Of a stretch of DNA of 64,000 bases, positions 47,714-60,027 are shown piece by piece. The notes under the pieces are model-generated. The model was not told the origin of the DNA, did no database searches, and worked only from the letters and a program-made list of their open reading frames with translations. Position 1 is the first letter of the stretch, and each line of letters begins with the position of its first letter. Position numbers and translations under genes: made by a program. Source of the stretch: Torpedo marmorata. Taxonomy: Eukaryota. Location of the stretch: positions 19,716,001 to 19,780,000 of the forward strand of contig OZ360248.1 in the NCBI GenBank assembly GCA_977017645.1. The letters run 5' to 3'.

Positions 47714-47933
47714 CAGTAAAACCCCTGTATCCGGCACCTATGGGGATTGTGGATGCCGGATAAGTGTATTTTCCGGTTTCTTGAGATTGCGTGGGTGCGT
47801 GGATTGGAGATTGAACGGCGAGGCGTGCCAATTTTAAACTTACGTATTTTTTACCTATTTATTTTCCTCGATTTTTTTGCTGGTTGCTTGAAGCTGCTGG
47901 TTGCTTGAATTCCGGATACCAGGGGTTTTACTG
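47714..47933. mobile_element. Tigger-like MITE inserted in an old CR1 fragment
   Basis: TA|CAGTAAAACCCCTG...CAGGGGTTTTACTG|TA. Confidence 0.85.
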
Positions 47934-48002
47934 TATAAGCCTTATCAGTGGTACTGCAAGAATCGTTTCCCCCTTATCAGAGGTAAATAAAATTAGAGCA
48001 CA

Positions 48003-48845
48003 GATTTCAAGATTCAATTTATTGTCATAGTAATAAGACAGTGTCATATTCCATGAAATTTCTTTTTGCCTGCTGCAAGGCAGACAGATTCGCCACCGGC
48101 AGAAATTGCCTAAGCGCCTCTAACATTCCTTACAGTCAGAGAAAGAGAAGCAAAAGAGAGTCCCCCCAGAGTCACCAAGTATCCGTAAATTCGCCTCCAT
48201 CACTTCCGCAGCCACACAGAGTCCAGTCCAAACCATCGGCAACCCGAGCTCCAGATCCGAACCTCCAACACGGTCAGGGCGCCCTCGGCACCCCCTCGCA
48301 TCCCGGTTCTGATACCTGGTACTCCTCCAACCAGTTCGAGCCAGTCTCCAGCAGTCCGCAGCCCGGCGTGAGTCCCCCGACAGCAGTCTCCAGCAGCCCA
48401 CAGCCTCCGTGGGTTACTCGCCTCGAGTCGCCAGCAGCCCGCCGCATGCACTGGTCCTTCAGCCTCAGAGCCCCTCACTGGTCCGCCGCTGTGGTCACCG
48501 TCCCTTGGGTTGTCTCCTCCGCTTCTCCTTCTCAGACGAGGGGTGATCTTCCTGTCCTCTGGTGCCCTGCTCCAGTCCCCCGCTTCCCCGGAATCTGCAG
48601 CTCCTCGTGGCTGCTGCCGGTTAAAAGGCGCTGCCATCTTGGGCGCAGACCCCGTGGTCGCGGGATCGTAAATAAAACCACCATCGGCTCCCTCAACGGG
48701 CCGTTCAAAGCCCGAGCGGAGCTGACGGCAGTCAACTGGGCGGCTGGACCCCGCGGGAGCGCTGTATCTCCGCTCCCGCGCTTCCCGCGGGTCCGCACCA
48801 GCGGCAGCGCTGCCGCTACAGCGGCTCCGGCAGCGCCGCCATTCA
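48003..48845 (-). mobile_element. GC-rich non-autonomous retroelement with a Rex/Babar-like 3' tail
   Basis: Minus-strand 3' end: TGTCTGCC..GGCA hairpin, AAATTTCATG, TGACAATAAA, (TTGAATC) tail; no credible protein; partial copies at 24.5 and 40.6 kb. Confidence 0.6.
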
Positions 48846-49404
48846 GGAACAGTGCAAAGGGACAAAAAAATTAAAAAATTAAAAATTTAGGGTAAGTGGT
48901 AAGAGATGGTAAGGGATTTCTTTCACCCGGAGAGTGGTCAGTACCCGGTATGCACTTCTGGAGAAAGTGGTGAGAACAAAGTTGCTAACAGCAGTCAAGA
49001 GGAGTTTAGACCTGAATTGCCTGGACATTGAAGGCTACAGAACAAAGTGCTAGAAAGTGGGATTAATATGGACGGGTGCTCACTGGTTGTCACGGAGCGA
49101 GTGACCTGTTTCCTTGCCATATGACTCTATGGCAGTCAGGCAGATGTTAGCCTCCAGCGAGTCAATCCTCCAGTTAAGTCACATCTCGAATCCTGAAATT
49201 TGGGACATGCTAGCAGAGACAGCACAGGATACATTATCTGGAAAGGCATTCTAAGATGTAATGAGAAGGAGAGGATATATTAGCCAGAGTTGAATGCCTT
49301 GGTATTTGCTAGGTTGAAGAGTTACTTGATTGAAGTTTGCCTGGACAGATCACATAGTGGGAAATCATTTCTCATCAAAGGTCATCAACCTGAAATGTTT
49401 ACTT

Positions 49405-49830
49405 TCTTTCTCTCTCTATAGATGCGTCCTGACCTGATGAGTATTTTCAGTGAAGCAAGGCTTCACTTGTGAATCTGCAGGGGTTGTCTACTGCATCCGG
49501 TGCTCCCGTTGTGGTCTCCTCTACATCATTTCTCTCTCTATAGATGCGTCCTGACCTGATGAGTATTTTCAGTGAAGCAACGCTTCACTTGTGAATCTGC
49601 AGGGGTTGTCTACTGCATCCGGTGCTCCCGTTGTGGTCTCCTCTACGTCGGGGATACTGGACATAGACTGGGAGATCGCTTCGTTCAGCGACTTAGCTCT
49701 GTCTGCCGCAATAGCGGGGATCTCCCAGTGGTAACCCGTTTCAATTCCCCGCCCCATTCCCACGCCGATATGTCTGCCCATGGTCTCATGCACTGCCCAA
49801 CTGCAACCTCCCACAAACTGGAGGAACAAG
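49405..49830 (+). mobile_element. Penelope GIY-YIG fragment with a ~120-bp tandem duplication
   Basis: VKQRFTCES.GVVYCIRCSRCGLLYVGDT.HRLGDRF; 49405-49527 is repeated at 49528-49646. Confidence 0.8.
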
Positions 49831-49849
49831 AAGAATAAAACAGTAAGAG

Positions 49850-50420
49850 ACATCACCCAAATTCTTCTGTCATCAGCAGTGGAGGTTTCCTTGGAATACC
49901 AGTCCCTTTGCGATTACTGAGCTCACCAGTTCGCTCTTTCTTCTTAATGATGTTCCAAACTGTTGATTTTGGTAATCCTAAGGTTTGGGTGATGTCTCTT
50001 ACTGTTTTATTCTTGTTTTTCAGCCTCATAATGGCTTCTTTGACTTTCATTGGCACAACTCTGGTCCTCATGTTGAAAAATGGCAACCACAGACTCCAAA
50101 GGTGATCAAAAACTTAGAAGCAAGCCGAGCTCTCTTATACCTGCACCAATGAAGCAATTAAATATACTTGAGTATTCGCAAACACCTGTGAAGCCAAATG
50201 TCCCAAACATTATGGTGCCCTGAAATGGGGGCACTATGTATAAAGAGTGCTGTAATTTCTACATGGTCAAACCAAAATGTATACAAATAACTTTGATTAA
50301 AATGTGGAATGTGCACTTTAATTACATGTGAATTGTTTGATTACAAATTTAAAACTGTGGAGCGCAGGGGCAAATAAAGAAAAAAAGGTGTATTTGTCCT
50401 AAACATTATGGAGGGCACTG
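49850..50420 (-). mobile_element. Tc1-family transposon left end with paired-like DNA-binding domain
   Basis: TIR TA|CAGTGCCCTCCATAATG; ORF 49853-50086 KVKEAIMRL...TVRDITQTLGLPKSTVWNIIKK.ERTG...NRKGTG.PRK. Confidence 0.88.
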
Positions 50421-51409
50421 TACGTATCTTTGCCTCCTATGGGCGATGCAAGACCTTCTGAGTTCCTCCAACATTTTTATGTTTTTACTACAATCACAGC
50501 ATCTGCAGCCTTTCATGTTTCACAGTATTTTCAGTATTCTCTGCCTTTATTTGCGATTTCCAGCATCTGCAGGAACTACTTCCATTGGACATGAAGTCTC
50601 GGACCTGGAGACATAGCCTAAACTTTAGAGGCAACCTTCGCAGGCTTGAAGATTGAAAACACTTCCGTTTACATCAGATGTTATAGGTTTTGCAGGCACC
50701 AACTGATGTTGGATTAATTTTAATTTTAAATCTGAGTGATAGATCAAGTTCAAGTTCTGTTCAAGATTTCTCTCAACTTAAAGTATGAAGGAATATGGAA
50801 CAACAGAGGGTGCAAAGACTTGGATAACGAATTAGCCACAAACTCAATGAACAGCTGAACAGGCTTGAAAAGCTACACTCTCTTGTTTTTATGTTTCTGT
50901 GTGGCCAAAGTTAATAAGATACATTTGATTATACAAGAAGTGAAAGGAGGCAGCTTAGACACGTTGCTGTACGGATCTCTTCACAAACTGGGTAGAACCC
51001 GTGTCTGCCAAAATCCGTTCTCTTTGGAATACTAGGTTTCTGATTTAAGACTTAATTAGACAGAAGAATCAGTGACCTTGAATTATTTCAGACATTAATT
51101 TGAGGAGCTATAAAATAATGCGCTATAATTCTGACAAAAAGCACAATATGACAAAATAAAAACAACTTTAATTCAAACACAACCAAGGCTCACACTCCCA
51201 GTTTCATAGGAGCACGATGATTTGGCATCTGTAGTTTTTGCTACGTGCAGACAGGCACAACCCCACTCCCACACACCTAATCACCTTTCTCTCCTCCTCT
51301 AACATACTCCTCAAAAGCTATCTGAGACCAAACTTTTGGTCACTGGACTTAATGTCCTCTGTGAAATGTTTGAGACATTTTATTTTGTTAAAGCTGCTGC
51401 TTCTGTGAA

Positions 51410-51699
51410 AGTTATTGAGTCATACAGCACAAAAACACAATACAGGCCCTTTGACACAGCTGGTTCATGCTGAGCATACTACCGACCTAAGCTCGCTCTA
51501 AATATTTCCAAATCTTTTAAACATTGTAATTGTACCAACTTCTTCTGCTTCTTTTGGCAACTCGCTCCACATATCCACCACTCTCTGTGAGAAAAAACTT
51601 GCCCCTCAGATCCGCTCTCAATCTTTCCCCTTTCCGGAAATCTATGCCCTCTAGTTTTAGACTCCCTCACCATGGATAAAAGGCTGTGACTGTCTATCC
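51410..51699 (-). mobile_element. CR1 3' fragment
   Basis: ESKTRGHRF...F...VVDMWSELP-type motif. Confidence 0.65.
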
Positions 51700-51734
51700 C
51701 AGTGGTTCTCAATCTTTTCTTTCCACTCACATAC

Positions 51735-51967
51735 TGTGGTAAACCACTGTAAATACCTGTATATATGTTTATGGTCATCTGGACACGCCCCTTACTGGCT
51801 GTACCTGTGGCTCCTTCCACAGACCCCTGAATAAAGGCTATTGTGCCACAGCTCCCTCCCCAGTCCAGGACAGACAACCACCAGGAGTGTACATCCATTC
51901 CAATGTGAATAAAAGCCTATCAGTTCCTGCTTAACTTCTAGTCTTTGGAGTTATTGATGGTGCATCA
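51735..51967 (+). mobile_element. Solo LTR of the Gypsy family at 27237, inserted in a hAT MITE fragment (51700-52015)
   Basis: TGTGGTAAACC...GTGCATCA matches 27237-27460; flanks CATAC/CGTAC; host begins CAGTGGTTCTCAA like the 39038 MITE. Confidence 0.88.
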
Positions 51968-52019
51968 CGTACCAACTGAAGTAATCCCTTACTAACCACA
52001 GAGCACCTGTGGTATCCAA

Positions 52020-52395
52020 AACAAACTGACTTCAATACAGAGAATAAATATTCAACAATAAATATTGTGCAAAGTAAGAGTCCTTAAATGAGTCCCTGAT
52101 TGAGTTTGTTGTTGAGGAGTCTGATGGTGGAGGGGTAGCAACTGTTCCTGAACCTGGTGGTGCGAGTCTTGTGGCACCGATACCTCTTTTCTGATGGTAG
52201 CAGTGAGAATAGAGCGTGCCCTAGATGGTGTGGATCTCCAATGGCAGCGTTTCATGTTCTCGAAGGTGGAGAAAGTTTTGCCTGTGATGTACTGGGCTGT
52301 GTCCACTACCTTTTGCAGGGCTTTCCACTCAGAGGTATTGGTGCCCCCATACCAGGCCGGGATGCAGCCAGCCAACACACTTTCCACCACACATC
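52020..52395 (-). mobile_element. Rex1/Babar 3' fragment
   Basis: VESVLAGCI.AWYG...KALQKVVDTAQ. Confidence 0.8.
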
Positions 52396-52734
52396 TGGAG
52401 ATGTTTGCCCCTCAGCCGCCTTCACTCCAGGAGAAACAGCCCATCCAGTCTCTCCTCATAACTCAAAACATCCAGTCCCAGATACTGTACATCCTTTGTG
52501 AATCGTTTCTTCACATCCTGAGCTTAATCACATCTTTCCTAATAGTGTGGCGACCAGAACGGCCCACAATACTCCTCATCAACATCTTGTTTAGCTGTAG
52601 CATGATAGCATGTTGTTCCAACTCCTGTATTCAAAACCCTAACTGACGAAGGCAAGCACCTTCTTCAACACCATGTCTACCTGTGTCGCTACTTTCAGAG
52701 AAGTATGTACTTGAACTATGACTCTCCATCAACA

Positions 52735-54298
52735 ACTCTGTAGTGTAGAAACTGGAGAGCACCAGGTTCCTTGGAGTCCACTTAACTAGTGACCTATCGT
52801 GGACACACATCTCCTCACTTGTCAGGAAGGAGCAACAGTGACTGCACTTCCTGAGAAGACTGAGGCGGGCAAGGCTACCGGCCACCATCATGCAAACCTT
52901 CTTCAGGAGCTCTATCGTTACAATTTAAAGTGGTGCATAGAATTCATATGTCTAAACCTAAACTATCACGTTTTTACTCTGACATAGATCCATTGTGTGA
53001 GAGATGTAAAATTTTTGAAGCTTCACTGATACATATGTTTTGGGAATGCCCCAATTTGGAGAGATTTTGGAAGGATATTTTTAAATCTTTATCATTGATT
53101 TTTAAGATTAATATTGAACCATGTCCTATAATTGCTCTGTTTGGTTTTTCACGTGAACTTAACATACCTTTGTCTACATCACAGGATAAAGTTTTAGCTT
53201 TTTCCACGTTGATTGCCAGACGGGCAATTTTATTGAAATGGAAAGATGAGTTATCACCGACACATAGACAGTGGTTATTAGATGTAATGTCCTTTCTGAG
53301 TTTGGAGAAAATTAGATATAATAAAGATAGAAAGTTTCAATTTTTAAAGATCTGGGGGCCATTCATTGAATACTATCATGATTGGAAGAATTAACAAAAC
53401 TGACTATCCCAGGGACTCTCTGTCCGATGTTTGGAGGTCGCGACAGGATCCATATCCTTTTTTACAATATCAAGGTAACCTTGCTTAGAGGGAGGGGTTA
53501 GAATAGATTAGTTATTATAGTGTTTGTTTTTTTAGTCTTTTTTTTTCTTTCTTTTTATTTTATTTTCAAGTGTTTTTTTTAAAGATAAGGAACTAGAGTT
53601 TTAACCTATATTAAGAATTTAGTTACGACAATTTACTTAGTTTTTTTTCATATACATGTATGAATACCAGCTGATTTTTTGAATGTTTTTCTTAATCTTG
53701 TTACCCTGTATACATGTTTATTATTGAAACTCAATAAAAATAGTTTAAAAAGAAAAGGAGCTCTATCGAGAGCGTCCTGGCCGGCTGCATCATCACAGTG
53801 TGGTACGGTTGCTGCAGAAATGGATCGGAGGTCAATTCACAGGACCATAAGAGTGGCAGAGAGGATCACTGGAGTTCCCCCTCCCCCCCCCCGCCCATCG
53901 ACATGATCTACCAAGATCATTGTGTGAAGAGGGTGCGCAAAATCGTTGAGGACCACTTCCACCCCGCACACAGCATCTTTCAGCTGCTCCTGTCGGGAAA
54001 GAGATACAGGAGTATCAGAGCCAGCACCACCAGGCTGAGAAACAGCTTCTTCCCACGGGCAGTGAGAATGCTGAACGACCAAAGGAACTGCTCACACTAA
54101 CCCTCCGAGACTCTCACATTCGCGAAACAATATTTATTTATTTGTAGATATGAATTCTTGTCCTGCATATGCATTGTTTGTCTGTATGTGTGTCATGTCT
54201 GGTTGTGTGTCTGCAGGTTTTGCACCGAGGACTGGAGAACGCTGTTTCGTCAGGTTGTACTTGTGCAATCAGATAATAATAATCTTGACTTGACTTGA
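52735..54298 (+). mobile_element. Rex1/Babar fragment (third subfamily) split by an L1 insertion
   Basis: RFLGVHL..DLSW..H, DHFHPAHSIFQLLLSGKRYRSI.A.TTRLRNSFFP.A; (TTGAC)n tail. Confidence 0.8.
52918..53755 (+). mobile_element. L1/Tx1 LINE 3' fragment
   Basis: QFKVVHR...CERC....SLIHMFWECP...LEKIRY; A-rich tail; 13-bp target duplication AGGAGCTCTATCG (52905-52917, 53756-53768). Confidence 0.9.
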
Positions 54299-54613
54299 CC
54301 ATTCAACAACACACTCTAGGACCCTGCCATTCACTGTGCAAATCCTGCCCTGGTTTAACTTCTCAAAAATGTACTTGTCTGAGTTAAATTCCATCTGCCA
54401 TTCCTTTACCCACTTTCCCAGTTGATCCAGATCCTGTGGCAACCTTAGACAACCTTCTCCACTGTCCACTATACCACCAATTTTGGCACCACCAAAATGT
54501 TTGTGTTCAGTTCTCTTTGTTAAGCAATCTGCAGGAAACAATTTCTAATCAGAACATGGCTTAACAGCAGTAAGACAAATTTCCAGAGCTGAGAGCAATT
54601 AGAAAATTATTAT

Positions 54614-54865
54614 TTTAAATTAAATTTAGACATACAGCATGGTAACAGGCCCTTCGGCCCACGAGTCCGTGCTGCCCAATTACACCCAATTGACCTACAA
54701 CCCCCGATACATTTTGAAGGGTGGGAGGAAACCGGAGCCCCTGGAGGAAACCCACGCAGATCCGGGGAGGACGTACAAACTCCTTACAGACAGCGCCGGA
54801 TTCGAACCCGTGTCGCTGGCGCTGTAACAGCGTTGTGCTAACTGCTACGTTAACCGTGCCGCCCT
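54614..54865 (-). mobile_element. V-SINE (HE1-like)
   Basis: Full-length copy with A/B boxes and AAATTT tail. Confidence 0.88.
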
Positions 54866-55349
54866 AATTGATGGAATTATTGATGGAATGAACTAGGAAC
54901 ACAATAACTAGATTAGAACCTAAGGCTGAGATCGCACTAAAATCAATGTACAACTCTCACAAAAATAGATTGTGTGAACAATGACGGATCTCAAATTCAA
55001 AATCCCTCCACAAATGGTGTCTGACTTGCTGAGTTCCTCCAGCAGCTCGTTTTTTTGCTCCAGATTTCAGCATCTGTGTCTCAGGTCAAACTCTCACAGT
55101 CGCACATCATCATAAGGCCCTCCGTTCACTGTGTGGCTGATCATAAAGCAATCGTACAATGATTACCTTGTTATTCTCAATGGAGCTGACACAGTCCTGA
55201 TGTCTAGCACGCTGACAAAACCAACACAAGTCTGGAAAAAGAACGCGAAGGAACATGATAAAAGGAAGTGAGAGTGAAGGCAGATGCAAACTGGTAACGT
55301 GCGTAAAGAATCTGTGTGAAGAAACTACTATGCTCAGCAACTACTAGAT

Positions 55350-55862
55350 CTATAGAATTATAGAACAACACAGCACAGCCCATCTTGTCTGTGCCAAACT
55401 ATTTTTCTGCCGCACCCCATTGACCTGCACCCGGACTATAGCCCTCCATACCATCCATGTACCTATCTGAATTTTTCTCAAATGTCAAAATCGAGCCCGC
55501 ATTCACCACTTCAGCTGGCAGCTCATTCCACACTCTGCATGAAGATGTTCCCCCTAATATTCCCCTTAAAAATCTCACCATTCACCCGTAACCCATGTCC
55601 TCCAGATCTTGTTCAATCTAACATACATACAGCACGGTAACAGGCCCTTCCAGCCCACGAGCCCGTGCCCGCCCAATTACACCCAATTGACCTACAACCC
55701 CCGGTACGGTTTGAACGGTGGGAGGAAACCGGAGCACCCGAAGGAAAACCACGCAAACACGGGGAGAACGTCCAAACTCCTTACAGACAGTGCCGGATTC
55801 GAACCCTGGTGCCGGTCGCCGGCGCTGTAACAGCGTTGCACTAACCGCCAAGCTAACCGTGA
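55350..55862 (-). mobile_element. CR1 3' fragment (55350-55605) next to a V-SINE (55616-55862)
   Basis: VWNELPAEVVNAGSI motif; SINE boxes GGTTCGAATCC. Confidence 0.8.
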
Positions 55863-56304
55863 TCTATTACTCTTTGCAGTAAAAGTAAAAATTACAACTA
55901 AAATCTTTCAGCATCCTTTCAGAAAAACAAAACATTTTGTGAGGAAATTAAATCAATTTATTCAAAAGTGCACTGTGTGAAAGGGCGATGGAAACATTCA
56001 ATAGGAATTTGCTGGAGAATTGGATTAAAAAGAATAGAATCAATCTGTGCCAATCCATTTAGAAGAACAATTAACTTATCTCTGCTCCTCCACCCTCAGC
56101 AACGAGTACATATTATCGAACAGGTGTGTGTGGGAGCTGAATGGCTCTGCTGTAATGTCACCCCCCTGTAATATTAACTTCTCTCCACAGAAGCAGCCCA
56201 TTCTGCTGGGTATTTCCAGCATTCTCTCTCGCTTCTGATCTTTAGTTCTGCCTCTCACCGTTCCAATGTGTCCTTTTACTTCCTTCCTCTCTGAGTGCCA
56301 GCAC

Positions 56305-57272
56305 TAAAGTTCAAAGTTATTGTCAGAGTACATACACGACATCACATACAACTCTGAGATTCTTATTCCTGCGGGCCAGGCACTTATCAGTGGTGTGAAT
56401 GGTACTCAAGTAAAAGATTCGTACACAAAAGAGAGACATGTAAACAAACTGACTGTGCAAATACAGAAAAAATAACTATTCAGTAATAAATGCAAAGTAA
56501 GATTCCTTAAATGAGTCCCTGATTGAGTTTGTTGTTGAGGAGTCTGATGGTGGAGGGGTAGCAGCTGTTCCTGAACCTGGTGGTGTGAGTCTTGTGGCAC
56601 CTATACATCTTTCCTGATGGCAACAGCGAGAACAGAGCGTGTACTGGGTCGTGTGGATCCGTGATGATGGTGCGGCTCTCCGACGGCAGCGTTCCATATA
56701 AATATTCTTAATGATGGGGAGAGTTTTGCCTGAGATGTACTGGGCTGTGTCCACTACCTTTTGCAGGGCTTTCCACTCAGAGATCTTGGTGTCCCCATAC
56801 CAGGCCGTGATGCAGCCGGTCAGCACACTTTCCACTACTCATCTGTAGAAGTATGCCAGGTTTTCCGATGTCATACCAAACCTCCGCAAACCCCTGAGGA
56901 AGTAGAGGCGCTGACGTGCTCTCTTCACGATGCCATTTGTATGTTGGGTCCAGGAAAGATCCTCCGAGATAGTGACTCCCAGGAATTTAAACGTACTCAC
57001 CCTCTCCACCTCTGATTCCCCAATAAACACTGGATTGTACACCTCTGGTTTTCCCTTCCTAAGGTCTACAATCAGCTCCTTGGTCTTGGTGACTTTGAGT
57101 GTGAGGTGGTTGTTAGTACACCATTCAGCCAGGTTTTCAATCTCCCTCCTGTATGCTGACTCATCACCCCTTTTTATACATCCCACTACTGTGGTATAAT
57201 CAGCAAATTTGTAAATCGTGTTGTCGTACCGAGCCACACTGTCGTCGGGGTAAAGTGAGTACAGCAGGGGGC
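56305..57272 (-). mobile_element. Rex1/Babar RT fragment
   Basis: ORFs 56839-57342 and 56476-56835 (PLLYSLY...KFADYTTVVG...KFLGVTISEDLSW). Confidence 0.88.
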
Positions 57273-57299
57273 AATCACCAAAGGTAATTGTTACCTGGA

Positions 57300-57680
57300 C
57301 ACTATTCCGTCTGAGCACTCTCCAACCGGATGACATTAACATTGACCTCTATGGTTTCTTTCTCCCTCTCTTCCCTAACCCTCTGTTTCCTTTCCTCCAT
57401 CCCCTTCCCTCTCCATTCACAGTTATCCCCCTCCCCCTGTTTTCTGTTGTGCCCTCTCTCCCTTATCCCCCTCCCCCTGCACCAACCCCCCCCCCCACCA
57501 TTTTATTCGGGCGCCTGCCTACATTTTGCTCATACCTTGATGAAGGGCTCAAGCCCGAAACGTTGGTTATGTATCTTTATCTTTGCTACATAAAGTATGC
57601 TGCTTGACCTGCTGAGTTTCTCCAGCACTGTGTTTGTACTTCAATCACTGTGTCTGCAGTCTTTTGTGTTTTTCTCTGTT
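57300..57680 (+). mobile_element. Penelope 3' end with hammerhead-like motif
   Basis: LF.L.TLQPD.INID then the terminal repeat; CATACC-TTGATGA-AGGGCTCAAGCCC-GAAACGTT-GGTTATG at 57531-57571. Confidence 0.8.
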
Positions 57681-57874
57681 ACCTTGGACAATCTTGATCT
57701 AGACCCAACATTCTCTCTGATCTCTTCAACCCTCTCCCCTCTCTGCAACTTAAAACAAACTTGTTTTCTCGCTTTTCTGGTTCTGATAGTTACTCAACTG
57801 AAGATCTGTCTCTGTTCCTTCCTTCACTGATGCTGCCCGACCTTCACAGTATCTCCAGCATCACTTTGGTGTTG

Positions 57875-58592
57875 GGTGAGCAAATTTAAGTTCTTGGGAG
57901 TCACTATCTCGGAGGATCTTTCCTGGACCCAACACACCAATGTCATCGTGAAGAAAGCACGTCAGCGCCTCTACTTCCTCAGGGATTTGCGGAGGTTTGG
58001 TATGACACCAGAAACTCTGGCAAATTTCTACAGATGTGTGGTGGAAAGTGTGCTGACCGGCTGCATCACGGTCTGGTATGGGAACACCAATACCCATTAG
58101 CGTAAAGCCCTCCAAAAGGTAGTGGACACAGCCCAGGACATCACAGGCAAAACCCTCCCCACTATTGAGTACATCTACATGGAACACTGCCATCGGAGAG
58201 CAGCAGCAATCATCAAAGATCCACACCACCCAGCACACGCTCTGTTCTCGCTGCTACCATCAGGAAAGAGGTACAGGTGCCACAAGACTCGCACCACCAG
58301 GTTCAGGAACAGCTGCTACCCCTCCACCATCAGACTCCTCAACGACAAACTCAATCAGAGACTCATTTAAGGACTCTTACTTGTGCAGTTTATTGATTTT
58401 CTTTTTGTTCTCTCTGTATTGCACAGTTTGTTTATATTCATTATCTGTTTACAGTTCTTTGTTTACATGTTTATGCTGTGTACAATTTACTTTTTGCACT
58501 ACCAATTAGTGGTAATTCTGCCGCGCCCGCAGGAAAAAGGAATCTCAGGGTTTTATGTGATGTCGTGTATGTACTCTGATAATAAATCTGAA
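57875..58592 (+). mobile_element. Rex1/Babar 3' fragment
   Basis: ORFs 57876-58100 and 58122-58370 plus the family 3' UTR. Confidence 0.88.
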
Positions 58593-59606
58593 ATATCATG
58601 AGGCAACTGGACTCTACGCACGTCATGGAATTTTCATCATGCTCAGAACAATCCAGTTGCCTTGAGGACACATGTAAAATAACAGTTTGAAAGTGACTGA
58701 CTGGAAGCGGAACTGAGGCTGTTAACAGAAAGCATAAGTTCATGACCATTGTGGAAAAGCTTGCAGTCGAGATGGCTTGGGTTTCGTGCAAAGATTAAAC
58801 AAATTAAAGCTAACATTAACATCTTTATTAACAGTAAACGTATTAGCATGGTGACAGTAAGCAATTATGCAACACTCCTAAATGCACCCTCAGCCGATCA
58901 GAACTTGACTTGTAACAGTAAGGTTGGTAACCCAGATAAATCAAGAGCTCCATAGATTCCTCGGTATTTTATGCCCCATGCACTGAGGTGAGCTGCATAC
59001 ACTCGAGCATGGTCACTGACTGTCTCTTTCCATTTCCCATGTGTTCTGTAGGTTGCTGCTGCTTGACGTGCCACATCAGAAGGTCATTGTAAAGGCCACA
59101 AGAGGGCAAGGCCTGATGAGAAAATGCTCGTTTCTTGGAGACTTGAAAAGAAACAAATATAGGGAAAGAGCAGCGGAATGACAGTAATTGGCTGCTCAAT
59201 CATTTAATGGATTTGGCTATGACTACAGGCACAACGTCTTGTTCTGCACTGTGTTAATCTGTGACTGCACTTCTTGATTTAATAGAGACAAAGTTGTTGT
59301 TATTCTCCCACTGGACGCCCAATGACTCTAGATAAAAATGGTACATCATCCACATTGGTAGAAAGAATCAATGGTGAGAAAAGGTGTTCAGAGAGAACTG
59401 AGTGCACTTGTACACAAACCACTGCAAGTTAACATTCAGGAACAACAAGTAATTAGTTCAGCAAACGATACGTCCGCCTTTAAAGCAAGAGAATTTGAGG
59501 ACAAGAGTAGTGACATCTTGCTCCAATTATATAGAATCCTGGTGAGGCCACATCTGGAATATTGTGTATAGGTCTGAGATGATGAGAGCTTATTATCATA
59601 TACGTA

Positions 59607-59870
59607 GGGGCGGCACGGTTAGCGTAGCGGTTAGCGCAACGCTGTTACAGCGCCAGTGATAGGGACCGGGGTTTGAATCCGGCGCTGTCTGTAAGGAGTT
59701 TGTACGTTCTCCCCGTGTCTGCGTGGGTTTTCCCTGGGGGCTCCGGTTTCCTCCCACCATTCAAAACGTACCGGGGGTAGTAGGTCAATTGGGTGTAATT
59801 GGGCAGCACGGGCTCGTGGGCCGAAAGGGCCTGTTATCGTGCTGTATGTCTAAATTTAAATTTAAGTTTA
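59607..59870 (+). mobile_element. V-SINE (HE1-like), preceded by an old CR1 fragment (59370-59575)
   Basis: GGGGCGGCACGGTTAGCGTAGCGGTTAGC...; (AAATTT)n tail; upstream LVRPHLEYCV. Confidence 0.88.
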
Positions 59871-60027
59871 AAAATTAATACAAGGTACAGACACACCAAT
59901 ATTCTTACTTGCTGCAGCCATGCAGTTACACCAACTACAACAGTATAAACTAAATTGCCACAATATACCAAGACTTAAAGATTCAAGGTTCCTTTTATTG
60001 TCATGTAATAATACAAAAAATGTAACT

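Noticed and set aside
48041-48874. 277-aa and 221-aa overlapping ORFs
   Set aside because: GC-rich repeat with few stops; no domain motifs; other copies are fragmentary.
55167-55231. 65-nt minus-strand segment with plausible splice sites (TTTTTCCAG / AAG|GTAATC)
   Set aside because: No recognisable peptide in any frame; such sites occur by chance. Needs RNA-seq.
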